Source: an uncultured virus (IMG/VR IMGVR_UViG_3300028840_008159) (lineage: Duplodnaviria; Heunggongvirae; Uroviricota; Caudoviricetes). Taken from it: 20,000 nt of DNA. Made by a program: the position numbers and the translations under genes. Every line of letters starts with the position of its first letter. Positions within the stretch are counted from its first letter, which is position 1. Below the pieces are notes generated by a model. That model did no database searches and was not told the DNA's origin. It saw only the letters and a program-made list of their open reading frames with translations. The stretch lies in the IMG/VR virus record IMGVR_UViG_3300028840_008159, one strand, 5' to 3'. This document shows, one piece after another, positions 1 to 7,831 of the stretch.

Positions 1-27
1 GAGTTCGATCTTGATCATCTTGGGCAT
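1..27 (-). CDS. 5' end of a hypothetical protein (MPKMIKIEL...), runs off the window
   Basis: ATG at 27 with AGAGGAG SD, 25 nt downstream of motif copy 53-71. Confidence 0.65.
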
Positions 28-52
28 GTCAATCTCCTCTGCGCTTGAGGGC

Positions 53-71
53 GGGCCTTCGGGGTTCCTGG
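53..71 (-). promoter_or_regulatory. start-associated motif copy
   Basis: CCAGG AACCC CGAAGGCCC. Confidence 0.8.
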
Positions 72-84
72 CCTTCAGGCACGG

Positions 85-576
85 TCACCAAGAGCTGTTG
101 ACCACGGTGTCCGTCTCGATCCGTCCACCGAAGGCCCGCTTGATGGCCTCGATCGAGGCCTTGGAGAAGGCCACGAAGGCCGGGGTCACGTAGCCGACGT
201 TGCTGGCGTGGCTCTCGTTGACGTACCACGCGACGTGGTCGCCCTTGACGATCTTGTGGCCGATGATCCCGTCGTACTTCTTGCCATGCTCCTTATCGAT
301 GTAACCCTTGACGGCCTTCCATCCCTTGACGGGGTCTGCGTCTACCTGGTAGCAGTCGAACAGGACGGTGGCCTGGACGATCCTGCGAAGCGCCTCGGGG
401 ATCTTCTTCCCGATGGCGTGCTCGGCGGGGAGCACCTCCAAGTCCTCCTTGACCTGCTCGAAGAGTTCCTGGTTCCTCTCCCAGAACTCGTCGTCCTCGT
501 ACTCGACCTCCACATCGTACAGGTGAGGGAAGTTGACCTTGAACGGGACGGGCGCGGCGTGGTGGTTATGGCTCAT
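85..576 (-). CDS. hypothetical protein, 163 aa
   Basis: ORF with AAGGAG SD, protein-like composition, overlaps the end of the upstream gene. Confidence 0.8.
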   Translation of the reverse strand: MSHNHHAAPVPFKVNFPHLYDVEVEYEDDEFWERNQELFEQVKEDLEVLPAEHAIGKKIPEALRRIVQATVLFDCYQVDADPVKGWKAVKGYIDKEHGKKYDGIIGHKIVKGDHVAWYVNESHASNVGYVTPAFVAFSKASIEAIKRAFGGRIETDTVVNSSW

Positions 577-922
577 GGACTTGCTCCTTTTCCTCTTCCT
601 CCAGTACCTTCATGGCCCGGATGGGGTCGTACTCGCCGTCCTCGTCGTAGACGGCCGGGTTGGCGAAAGGATGCCTGAACCCGTGGAGGACCCCGGAGAA
701 CATGGCGTGGGCCATCGCTGGCGTGACGCCGATCTCCTCGTTGAGTTCCATCGCCTTCTTCCTGCCTCCCCAATGCTCGGTCGGGAACCATCGCTCGACC
801 CCGCGCTTGTGCATGCACACGTCGCCGTACTTGTGGCGATCCTTCGCGGGGATATGGCCCCGTTGTCGCTCGTTGATGAACCAGTAGGACTTTTCGGGTA
901 GTCCCTTCAGGTCGATGATCAT
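566..922 (-). CDS. conserved hypothetical protein, 118 aa (LPEK...NEEIGVTPAMAHAM.SG..GF..P.A.P..YDEDG)
   Basis: GGAGG SD; pattern recalls an uncharacterised family from conjugative elements and phages (NxxLGVTxAQxxAMxxGSMFGWxxPxADP), from memory. Confidence 0.75.
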   Translation of the reverse strand: MIIDLKGLPEKSYWFINERQRGHIPAKDRHKYGDVCMHKRGVERWFPTEHWGGRKKAMELNEEIGVTPAMAHAMFSGVLHGFRHPFANPAVYDEDGEYDPIRAMKVLEEEEKEQVHEP

Positions 923-959
923 GGCTATCCTCCGCCCAAAAGGTCGGGTCTAATGGCCG

Positions 960-1229
960 TCAGGGACATCCGCATTCGAGGTCCTCGTCGTTGTTGTAGG
1001 GCTGATTGCATTTCGGGCACTTCACCTTGGCCTTGAACTTGATGACGTCATCGGCCAGCTCGGCGAGGAGCGCGGGCGCGTCGAGCTGGGGCGCGTCGCA
1101 TTGACACACGGACTCTCCGCTGAAGGACTCGTGCTCCACGAAGAACGCGATGACCTTGTCGAAGACGGCCTTGCGCACGTCCGGTCCGTCATCGTACTCG
1201 ACCACGTAGCTCTCGGTTTCCTTCTTCAT
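960..1229 (-). CDS. hypothetical protein with C-terminal CPKC...CGC putative Zn ribbon, 89 aa
   Basis: AAGGAG SD, Cys cluster. Confidence 0.75.
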   Translation of the reverse strand: MKKETESYVVEYDDGPDVRKAVFDKVIAFFVEHESFSGESVCQCDAPQLDAPALLAELADDVIKFKAKVKCPKCNQPYNNDEDLECGCP

Positions 1230-1232
1230 GGC

Positions 1233-1703
1233 TTACTCCTTGACGGGCCAGACGTAGGGGAGGGTCGGCGGTTCCGACCACCCGAACCTCCCGTACCAGG
1301 CCGGGTCCTTGCGCAGCAGGTTGCTCCGGTGGCTCGCGTGGAAGTCGGCGTTTCCGAGCCACGGCGGCGGTTCCAGGCCGAGGATCGTGATCCGCGCCCA
1401 TGACGGCGAGAAGACGCTAGGCGCCAGGATGACGTGAGCCAGCTCCCCTTCGATGAACACGCGCTGCTTCTCGTTCTTGTAGCCCCTGCCGACCCACTCG
1501 TCGATCATGGCCTTCATGTACACGGCCAGGGCGCCCTCGTGCCCGCGCCACATCCGGGCCGCCGGGTGGTTCGCCCAGCCCTTCCTGATCCCCTTGAGGG
1601 CCTCGATGAGCTGCCGCGCCTCGACGCGCTGCTTGCCCAGACGAAGACGGTCCAGGGCGCGGGCCGACGCGGCGAAGTCAGGGTATGGAAGGAACGTTTG
1701 CAA
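1233..1703 (-). CDS. pyrimidine dimer DNA glycosylase/endonuclease V-like protein (MSMEG_6728 family)
   Basis: MQTFLPYPDF..SA..LD..RLGKQRVE, HPA..MWRG, PPWLG, HASHRSNLLRKDP, LPYVWP; TTG start at 1703 with GGAGG SD. Confidence 0.85.
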   Translation of the reverse strand: MQTFLPYPDFAASARALDRLRLGKQRVEARQLIEALKGIRKGWANHPAARMWRGHEGALAVYMKAMIDEWVGRGYKNEKQRVFIEGELAHVILAPSVFSPSWARITILGLEPPPWLGNADFHASHRSNLLRKDPAWYGRFGWSEPPTLPYVWPVKE

Positions 1704-1751
1704 TGTCAGCCTCCACGTAAATGTTACCACGTGTCTCGTGCCTGTCCAGCC

Positions 1752-1770
1752 GGGCCTTCGGGCTACCTGG
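1752..1770 (-). promoter_or_regulatory. start-associated motif copy
   Basis: CCAGG TAGCC CGAAGGCCC, contains upstream stop. Confidence 0.8.
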
Positions 1771-2470
1771 CCGTGGCCGGGACCATCTGGTCCAGGCGGA
1801 CGAAGTCGAAGTCCACGTCCTCGCCATCCAGGTCGAATTTTTTCATCCAGATGTCGATCATCTTCTCGGTCATCTCAAGCTCGCGGTGGTCGTGACAGCC
1901 ATCGCACGCGAAAAGGGCGTAATCGTGGGGCGGACGCGGCGCGTACGGGTTCCCGACCGGGTGATCCTCCGTCCCCAAGAGCAGCGCGTCCATGACGAAC
2001 CTGTTGTGGTTCGTCTCCTTTGGTTGGGGCACGCCGCAGACGTCGCATTTCCAGCGGGGGCCGAAGGCGTACTCGTACGTCCTGACGCGGACGACCAACG
2101 TCTGGCGTTCCACCGGGACGTAGCCCCGGAAGAGCCGCACGGCCTCGTCGAAGATGATGTCCGGGGAGTTGAACGTGACCGGGCCGAGCGGCCCTCGGAC
2201 GAAGCCGCCCGGCCGCGACGACATCTTGTTGACGTCCTCGTGGATCTCGTAGGTCAGGGAGAACAGGCACGGCTGGATCGGCGACTCCAAGGTCCCGACG
2301 GTCATGATCTTGCCCGGACCCAACTTGCGCAAGCCGCGCATCTCTTCCCTGTGGGACGAGACGTAGCGAGCCGCCACCCCACGCTCCAGTAGTTGCTTGA
2401 GCATGTAGCGGAGGTAGTCCTCGGACTCGTTCGCGAGCTTTCCGATGATGTATGACTTGGATTCGCTCAT
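1763..2470 (-). CDS. hypothetical protein, 235 aa, with CxxC...CxxC
   Basis: ATG at 2470 coupled to upstream TGA (TGATG); CDVC and CDGC. Confidence 0.75.
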   Translation of the reverse strand: MSESKSYIIGKLANESEDYLRYMLKQLLERGVAARYVSSHREEMRGLRKLGPGKIMTVGTLESPIQPCLFSLTYEIHEDVNKMSSRPGGFVRGPLGPVTFNSPDIIFDEAVRLFRGYVPVERQTLVVRVRTYEYAFGPRWKCDVCGVPQPKETNHNRFVMDALLLGTEDHPVGNPYAPRPPHDYALFACDGCHDHRELEMTEKMIDIWMKKFDLDGEDVDFDFVRLDQMVPATAR

Positions 2471-2841
2471 CAATGCCACCATAGGATGATCGGGGTGTCG
2501 GCGGGCAACGCCTTGACGAAGGCCATCGCGGCCTCGTTCCAAGGACTTCCCTTCCAATGCCCCGCCGCCTTCGCGAGGTCGCCAGCCTTGACGTAGAAGA
2601 GGGGGTCGCCGTAGGAGTCGGTCGTCGTCCGCTCGATCCCCTCGTCGCCGTACCAGTCGAAATGAACCTTCCGGGGGAGTCGCTTCGGTTTCAGCGGCGC
2701 GGCGAGCTTCTGGCCGTCCTCGTTGCGGTTCAAGATCATGTGCCCAAGACCATCGCGGTCCAGGCCGAGGCGTTCATGTCCTAGCCACCAATCCATGCCC
2801 TCGTGATGCCTGATCGGTACTAAGGTAAGGTCCAATCCCAT
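2470..2841 (-). CDS. hypothetical phage protein, 123 aa
   Basis: AAGGGAG SD, behind motif copy; MGLDL...WWH. Confidence 0.8.
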   Translation of the reverse strand: MGLDLTLVPIRHHEGMDWWLGHERLGLDRDGLGHMILNRNEDGQKLAAPLKPKRLPRKVHFDWYGDEGIERTTTDSYGDPLFYVKAGDLAKAAGHWKGSPWNEAAMAFVKALPADTPIILWWH

Positions 2842-2867
2842 GTCATGCTCCCTTCGGCGTTTCTGGC

Positions 2868-2886
2868 GGGCCTTCGGATCGCCTGG
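2868..2886 (-). promoter_or_regulatory. start-associated motif copy (partial copy at 2848-2866)
   Basis: CCAGG CGATC CGAAGGCCC. Confidence 0.8.
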
Positions 2887-2896
2887 TGAATATGAC

Positions 2897-2983
2897 GCAG
2901 ACTCGCCTACTCTGGGTTTTCCTAGGACCCCGGTTTCGGCTGGGCTGGACCTCTCGGTCGGCCCTTCTCACCGCCCCGCCTGC
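2897..2983 (-). ncRNA. candidate structured RNA of unknown class
   Basis: intergenic; GCAGGC/GUCUGC closing stem, GACC-GAGA-GGUC hairpin inside GGGC/GCCC, GCC-GAA/AGUA-GGC loop-E-like element. Confidence 0.3.
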
Positions 2984-3001
2984 TAGAAGGCAGATTGATG
3001 G

Positions 3002-3370
3002 TCAGCTCGCCTCGTCGATCTGCCTTTGCAGGTCAAGCGCGAACCGCTTGATGACCTCGGCCTTGGAATCGACGCCCCTGCCCGGGGGCCGCAGCATCTC
3101 GACGCAGGTCCCCTTTCCCTTGGCGGTCAGGACGACGAACGTCTCGCCCTCGAACTCCCGAACCCAGCAGTGGAAGTAGAACTCGCCCTTGAAGCTGAAG
3201 TCCATCTTGCCCCACAGCTTCTTGAACGACTCGCGGTTGTCTCCCAGAATGCCGGGATCGCGCCAGCCCAAGTTCGTGGTCGAGAACCACCGGAAGAACT
3301 CCTGGCAGTTCAAGACGGGCACCGTGTTAAGCTCGCCCTTCCTGTACTTGACGCCCAATGGATGACTCAT
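3002..3370 (-). CDS. hypothetical protein, 122 aa
   Basis: ATG at 3370 overlaps upstream TGA; MSHPLGVKY... Confidence 0.75.
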   Translation of the reverse strand: MSHPLGVKYRKGELNTVPVLNCQEFFRWFSTTNLGWRDPGILGDNRESFKKLWGKMDFSFKGEFYFHCWVREFEGETFVVLTAKGKGTCVEMLRPPGRGVDSKAEVIKRFALDLQRQIDEAS

Positions 3371-3672
3371 CAGTTGCTCCACAATCCGGGCTTGCGGACG
3401 GGCTGCTCTCGCTCGATGGCCGCGCCGTCCTTGACCTCGACGAAGTGACTCTTGACGTACTTCTCCTCGTCCTCGTCGTAGAAGTTCACGCGGAAGAACT
3501 GGCTCTTGCCGTTCTTGAACAGGTGGGCGATGCTCCGGTCCATCCCGCGCCCTCGCGGGAACGCCTTGGCGACGACCTGACGCGCCTCCTCGACGCCCAA
3601 GTCCTTCACCTCGTCGGGCTTGACCTCGACGCAATCGCATTCGGGTTTCGGGCAATCAACGCAGTTGCTCAT
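3370..3672 (-). CDS. hypothetical protein, 100 aa, N-terminal Cys cluster
   Basis: AAGGAG SD, ATGA overlap, CVDCPKPECDC. Confidence 0.75.
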   Translation of the reverse strand: MSNCVDCPKPECDCVEVKPDEVKDLGVEEARQVVAKAFPRGRGMDRSIAHLFKNGKSQFFRVNFYDEDEEKYVKSHFVEVKDGAAIEREQPVRKPGLWSN

Positions 3673-4055
3673 CTCGCGCTCTCCTTGTTTGACAGTCCCT
3701 CGGCCTTGCCGAAAGCCCAGATCATCTGTTCCAGCACGGAAAACACCACTTGCGGCGGCATCCGGTTGTCCTTGGCCGCCACGAGGAAGGCGAGGACGAT
3801 GGAGGCGATGCAGTCGCCCCCGAAGCTGATGCCAGCTTGTCCGGGGACCAACGGCTGAAGCCCCGCGAAGCCGCAAGGACGCTTCGCTCCGGTCTCGAAG
3901 ACGATCCACTCGTTCTCCCGACGCAGGACCGTGAGCCCCTCCAACCGCTCCTCGTTGCATACCGAGTCGATGATCCCGCTGATGAACGTCTTCACGTCCT
4001 TCGACGAGAACGACTGCTTCATCAAGTCATTCGTCTTTTCGAGTACGGAGTTCAT
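3669..4055 (-). CDS. hypothetical protein, 128 aa
   Basis: ATG at 4055 after AAAGGGGAAGG SD and motif copy. Confidence 0.75.
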   Translation of the reverse strand: MNSVLEKTNDLMKQSFSSKDVKTFISGIIDSVCNEERLEGLTVLRRENEWIVFETGAKRPCGFAGLQPLVPGQAGISFGGDCIASIVLAFLVAAKDNRMPPQVVFSVLEQMIWAFGKAEGLSNKESAR

Positions 4056-4198
4056 GCCTTCCCCTTTCGATCCAAGGGACGGGCCTTCGCCTCCCCTGGC
4101 CGATGGATCATCACGGAAGCCGCGATGCCTACAAGTATCCAGGTAGCGAATCCGGTGCAAGCCAGAAACTCGACGATGATGTGCCAGATCGTTTCCAT
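4052..4198 (-). CDS. small putative membrane protein, 48 aa (METIWHIIVEFLACTGFATWILVGIAASVMIH...)
   Basis: own translation; hydrophobic stretch; TGA overlaps next ATG; no clear SD. Confidence 0.55.
   Translation of the reverse strand: METIWHIIVEFLACTGFATWILVGIAASVMIHRPGEAKARPLDRKGKA
4081..4099 (-). promoter_or_regulatory. start-associated motif copy
   Basis: CCAGG GGAGG CGAAGGCCC GTCCCTTGG. Confidence 0.8.
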
Positions 4199-4210
4199 GA
4201 CCGATGGGAC

Positions 4211-4229
4211 GGGCCTACGACGCGCCTGG
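4211..4229 (-). promoter_or_regulatory. start-associated motif copy
   Basis: CCAGG CGCGT CGTAGGCCC. Confidence 0.75.
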
Positions 4230-4243
4230 CGCGCCAGGCACGC

Positions 4244-4510
4244 TCATTCGACCTCGATCAGCCAGAAGACGCCGGGGCGAAGAGGGTGTTGCTTGAACCA
4301 GAGGTTCTCCGCGGCCTCGTTCCCGTTGATCACGTCCTTGGTGAGTTCATGGGCGGAAATGGGCTTGACGCGAAGGATCTTGCGCTTCTCGACGACGTGA
4401 TCCTCGTCGGACTCCAGGTCGTGACGCTCGGCCATCTCGCCGATCTTGGCGACCTCGGCCTTCGCGTCCTCCGGCAGGTCGAGCCCCTCGTAGTCGTCGA
4501 AGCTCTTCAT
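4244..4510 (-). CDS. hypothetical protein, 88 aa
   Basis: AAGGAGG SD before ATG 4510. Confidence 0.75.
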   Translation of the reverse strand: MKSFDDYEGLDLPEDAKAEVAKIGEMAERHDLESDEDHVVEKRKILRVKPISAHELTKDVINGNEAAENLWFKQHPLRPGVFWLIEVE

Positions 4511-4749
4511 CCCAACAGCCTCCTTAACCAACCCCTAATCCTGAGCGTCAGGGGCGCGTGCTTCCGATGCTGCTCCTCGATCCAAAGCTCCTCCTCCTCC
4601 CGCTCCTTCGGCGTCGGTTCGGGCGGTTGGGGGCGCGTCCTCTTGTATGGGGCGTCTCGTCTGATCAGGCTCAAAACAGGAACCTCCGGCAAGCCCTCGC
4701 CACCCTCATGGTCGTTGACCAGACGAGCCACGCGGCTCTGCCAACCCAT
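4507..4749 (-). CDS. possible hypothetical protein, start uncertain
   Basis: frame ends in ATGA overlap with next gene; no SD at ATG 4749; overlaps 4671-4787. Confidence 0.35.
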   Translation of the reverse strand: MGWQSRVARLVNDHEGGEGLPEVPVLSLIRRDAPYKRTRPQPPEPTPKEREEEELWIEEQHRKHAPLTLRIRGWLRRLLG

Positions 4750-4787
4750 ACGGATAGAGCGAGATAGAGCAACAGAGTCAACAACAT
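4671..4787 (-). CDS. small hydrophobic peptide, 38 aa (MLLTLLLYLALSVWVG...)
   Basis: GGAGGG SD, 30 nt behind motif copy, hydrophobic N-terminus. Confidence 0.5.
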   Translation of the reverse strand: MLLTLLLYLALSVWVGRAAWLVWSTTMRVARACRRFLF

Positions 4788-4817
4788 CGGATTGTCCCTC
4801 CAGACGCGAGCCTGGAC

Positions 4818-4836
4818 GGGCCTTACGTTCACCTGG
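4818..4836 (-). promoter_or_regulatory. start-associated motif copy
   Basis: CCAGG TGAAC GTAAGGCCC. Confidence 0.7.
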
Positions 4837-5224
4837 CCTCGCATATCTTGACGACCTCGATCCATTCGTCGTCGCTGACGATGACGCGTCTGGAACCGCT
4901 GCACATCTCCAATATGCCAGCGGCGTTACGATGCTCACGATGACAAACCAGAACGGCGTCTTCCAGCCCCCGCCACGCCCCGTCAGGGGACTTGGCGACG
5001 TCGCCCTTGGCGAGGGCGTCACGCGCCTCCTGCATGGTAGGTCGGCGTATCGTAAGGAACGGGAAGGACTTGGACACCTCGACCCGCATGTGGAACAGGC
5101 TGTCGGCGTATGACCTGGCGAGCCGCTCCTTCCAGTCCTCGCGCCTTTTCTCGATGACGGCCAAGGCGGTCTGGCACGTCTCGCGCGCCCTGGCCACGGG
5201 TATGCAGGCGTATGAGGGCATCAT
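4829..5224 (-). CDS. hypothetical protein, 131 aa
   Basis: AAGGAGG SD, ATGA overlap. Confidence 0.75.
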   Translation of the reverse strand: MMPSYACIPVARARETCQTALAVIEKRREDWKERLARSYADSLFHMRVEVSKSFPFLTIRRPTMQEARDALAKGDVAKSPDGAWRGLEDAVLVCHREHRNAAGILEMCSGSRRVIVSDDEWIEVVKICEAR

Positions 5225-5436
5225 TCCTCCTTTTTAGGAAGGCAGGCCATCCCGATGGCCCATGTCAGAAGTCCCAAGGAGACGATGATCATCGCTATCC
5301 CGTCGCAGATGGCCTCCTCCGCGCAGGAGGGGAGCCAGCCTTCGCCGCCGAAGAACTTGGTCTGTACGCCCGCGTAGGCGAAGCCGATGACGAGGATCAA
5401 GATCCCGTACCGTACCAAGTAACCTGGCCGTTGCAT
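5221..5436 (-). CDS. small membrane protein with two predicted TM helices, 71 aa
   Basis: GAGGAGG SD; YGILILVIGFAYAGV and IAMIIVSLGLLTWAIGMACL. Confidence 0.75.
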   Translation of the reverse strand: MQRPGYLVRYGILILVIGFAYAGVQTKFFGGEGWLPSCAEEAICDGIAMIIVSLGLLTWAIGMACLPKKEE

Positions 5437-5460
5437 GTGTCCCTCCTCGCCCTCCTCGTC

Positions 5461-5479
5461 GGGCCTTGCGATTACCTGG
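5461..5479 (-). promoter_or_regulatory. start-associated motif copy
   Basis: CCAGG TAATC GCAAGGCCC. Confidence 0.7.
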
Positions 5480-6401
5480 TCTTCTTGAGCTTCTGGACGA
5501 GCTTGCCGAGGTCCTTCAGCTTCTCGTCCTTGTCCTTCAGGAGGGACTCGTGGGGTAGTTTTTTCAGCGCGACGATGATCGTCTTCACGTCGCATCCAAG
5601 CACCTTGGCGAGCTTCATCCCAGTCACGATGAACTCCGCGTACTCGCTCTTCTTGGGGCGCCTCCAGTAATGTTCGCAACTCTTGTCGGCGACGAGTCCT
5701 TTCCCGAAGAAGTTGATGAACTTGCCGATGTCGCCGAACGCCTTCCTCAGTTCCACGGCCAGCTTCTCCGCCACGACCGTCACCTCGTTCAGCTTGACGG
5801 GCTTCTTGTACTTCTTGTTCGTCTTGTAGACGGGCGTTGCGAAATGCCAGTAGAACTCCCCGACGCGGACGCCCTCCACGTCCTTGAACGACCTCGCCAG
5901 CGAGCGGTTGATCAGGAGCCGCTTGTGCCGCTTGACCTCCTCCATGACACGCCGCTTGCGCGACGCGGTGAGCCTGGCGTCCTCCTTGTCCTCGCCGAGG
6001 AGCAGGAACGGGGAGTTCAGCACGTAGGCCGACCCGTTGTAAAAGACGTGATGATAGAGGTCCGGCGCGGGTTGCGCCTTCGGGAACTTGCCCGCGATGT
6101 ATTCGAGAACCTCGTCCAGGCTGTCCCCGGTGAACTCGACGTTCTTGGCCAGCGGCTCGTCGATGGGTCGCAGGTACACGTTGAAACGGGCCTTGATGAT
6201 CGCGTTGCCGCTTCTGCGCTCGTCCTCGGAGTACGCCACCCACCGGGCGGGCTTCATGATGTCCAACCCGCACCTGCTCTCGTGCGGCTTCCCGACGACG
6301 TGCCATCCTGGGGCGGTGGCCTTGTCGCCAAGCTCCCTGTCCACGTCGGCGGCGTCGATCCCGATCCTTGCGCAGAAGTCCGCGATGCTCGTTCTTTCCA
6401 T
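5472..6401 (-). CDS. hypothetical basic protein, 309 aa
   Basis: GGGAGG SD, behind motif copy. Confidence 0.8.
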   Translation of the reverse strand: MERTSIADFCARIGIDAADVDRELGDKATAPGWHVVGKPHESRCGLDIMKPARWVAYSEDERRSGNAIIKARFNVYLRPIDEPLAKNVEFTGDSLDEVLEYIAGKFPKAQPAPDLYHHVFYNGSAYVLNSPFLLLGEDKEDARLTASRKRRVMEEVKRHKRLLINRSLARSFKDVEGVRVGEFYWHFATPVYKTNKKYKKPVKLNEVTVVAEKLAVELRKAFGDIGKFINFFGKGLVADKSCEHYWRRPKKSEYAEFIVTGMKLAKVLGCDVKTIIVALKKLPHESLLKDKDEKLKDLGKLVQKLKKTR

Positions 6402-6426
6402 GTCAAGGTCCTCCCACCCATGGGGC

Positions 6427-6445
6427 GGGCCTCCGGTCTACCTGG
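6427..6445 (-). promoter_or_regulatory. start-associated motif copy directly after terminator
   Basis: CCAGG TAGAC CGGAGGCCC GCCCCATGGG. Confidence 0.75.
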
Positions 6446-6446
6446 C

Positions 6447-6490
6447 AAAAACCGGCGGGGGGCGGCCCTCGCCGCCCTCGAACCCGCCGG
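6447..6490 (-). terminator. Rho-independent terminator
   Basis: CCGGCGGG...GGGCGGC-GAGG-GCCGCCC...CCCGCCGG followed by TTTTT, 14 nt after a stop codon. Confidence 0.7.
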
Positions 6491-6504
6491 CACGAGCGAT
6501 CTCC

Positions 6505-7185
6505 TTACTTGTAGGGCAACGCCTTGCTGCCGGGCAGCGTGACGCCGCGCATGAGCTTCATCAGCTCGTCGTCGCCGAGGTCCTTCAGCTTCTCCTTGGC
6601 GATGGCGGCTCGGACGGCCCGTTCCAGCGCGGGGATCTTGTTCTTCTCGGAGCGGTTGACGGCCATGTTGTCATGGACCTCCGTCGTCCTCGTCGCGTTA
6701 CGCTCCAGAGCCTTGAGGGTATCGACGACGGCCTTGGACGCCTTGACGGTGTCGCTCTCCTGCGCCGACATCTCGCTCCCGTACTTGCGGCCCTCGCGCT
6801 CGACGTAGACGTTGAACGCCGCGTATACGCCTTGGAGCTTCTTGAGGGAGCCGCGTTCCTCGTCGGCATAGTGATCGGACTTGTAGCTCAGCCGGGCGTT
6901 GACATCGACCTTGATCGTGGCCTTCGGGTGGAAGGACGCGAACGCCTTCTTGATGTCCTCGACGCGCTTGCCGAACCGGGACTCGGCGACGGCCTTGACC
7001 TCCTCGTCGAGCTTCTCCTTGAGGGCCTTGGCCTCCAGGTCGAGGGCGGAGAGCTTCTTCTTGAGGCTCCGTTCCTCCTCCATGAGGTATCGCTCGAACT
7101 CGGCGACCTTGATGGCCACCACGTCGTTGGCCGAAACGGTCACGTCCACCTTGACCGACGGCAGCCGCTCCTTCTTCTTCGACAT
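6505..7185 (-). CDS. hypothetical coiled-coil protein, 226 aa
   Basis: GAGGAAG SD; K/E/L/A-rich heptads. Confidence 0.8.
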   Translation of the reverse strand: MSKKKERLPSVKVDVTVSANDVVAIKVAEFERYLMEEERSLKKKLSALDLEAKALKEKLDEEVKAVAESRFGKRVEDIKKAFASFHPKATIKVDVNARLSYKSDHYADEERGSLKKLQGVYAAFNVYVEREGRKYGSEMSAQESDTVKASKAVVDTLKALERNATRTTEVHDNMAVNRSEKNKIPALERAVRAAIAKEKLKDLGDDELMKLMRGVTLPGSKALPYK

Positions 7186-7232
7186 GCTTCACTTCCTCCT
7201 AAAAAGGGTTCGTCTTCTCCGCTTCGTCTGGC

Positions 7233-7251
7233 GGGCCTTCGACAAGCCTGG
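7233..7251 (-). promoter_or_regulatory. start-associated motif copy
   Basis: CCAGG CTTGT CGAAGGCCC. Confidence 0.8.
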
Positions 7252-7500
7252 TCAGTCCTCGAAGATGACCATCGCGTTCTTCGGGTCGCGTACCTTGGAC
7301 ACCTGTCCCCGCATGTGGGGCGGGCATTCGGCCTTGACCTTGATGAGGGCGCGCTTGACGTATCGCCATCCATCCTTCATCGCCGGGGTCGCCGACTCGA
7401 CGACGCCCGTGGCGATCTGGCCGCAGTAATTGTACGCGACACGACATCCGGGTTCAATGGTAGTGCCTCGATTATCTACCAGCGGCTCGGTCGTCGGCAT
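7252..7500 (-). CDS. hypothetical protein, 82 aa, possible SH3-like barrel
   Basis: AAGGAG SD; D..G..I.PG..VAY pattern. Confidence 0.7.
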   Translation of the reverse strand: MPTTEPLVDNRGTTIEPGCRVAYNYCGQIATGVVESATPAMKDGWRYVKRALIKVKAECPPHMRGQVSKVRDPKNAMVIFED

Positions 7501-7503
7501 CGC

Positions 7504-7728
7504 TCACTCCTTGAAATCCTTGACGCGCCCCGCGTGATGGCAACCGGCGCAGACGCATGAGGAATCGTCGTGCCACTCGTGGTCGTAAGTCTCCTCGATC
7601 CCGTCGTCATGGACCTCGGCCCAACAGTTCGAGGAGATGCGGAACGGACCGTAGGAATCGCACTCGGGGCATTTCATACCCGTCAGGCAGTTCTCGTTGG
7701 GGTTCGGGTTCTTGAGGCTGGGAAGCAT
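7504..7728 (-). CDS. small Zn-finger-like protein, 74 aa
   Basis: NCLTGMKCPEC...CAGC. Confidence 0.7.
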   Translation of the reverse strand: MLPSLKNPNPNENCLTGMKCPECDSYGPFRISSNCWAEVHDDGIEETYDHEWHDDSSCVCAGCHHAGRVKDFKE

Positions 7729-7831
7729 TTAAGCCCTCTTCTTGGATGGATCGCGTGCCGGATGCAATCCCGGCTCCCTAGGATGTCTGCCATTAACCAT
7801 CGACGCGATCCGTTCCCCTTCGCTTGGTTCC

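Noticed and set aside
1526..1544. Plus-strand CCAGG-N10-GCCC inside the glycosylase gene
   Set aside because: Middle box is CTCGT rather than CGAAG and no gene start follows; likely chance.
2897..2983. Glycine riboswitch or hairpin ribozyme
   Set aside because: GGUGAGA and GCCGAA resemble the glycine aptamer but GGAGCAA and CUCUCAGG are absent; hairpin ribozyme helices do not pair.
7729..7800. 23-aa ORF MVNGRHPREPG...
   Set aside because: Too short, SD poorly spaced, no supporting signal.
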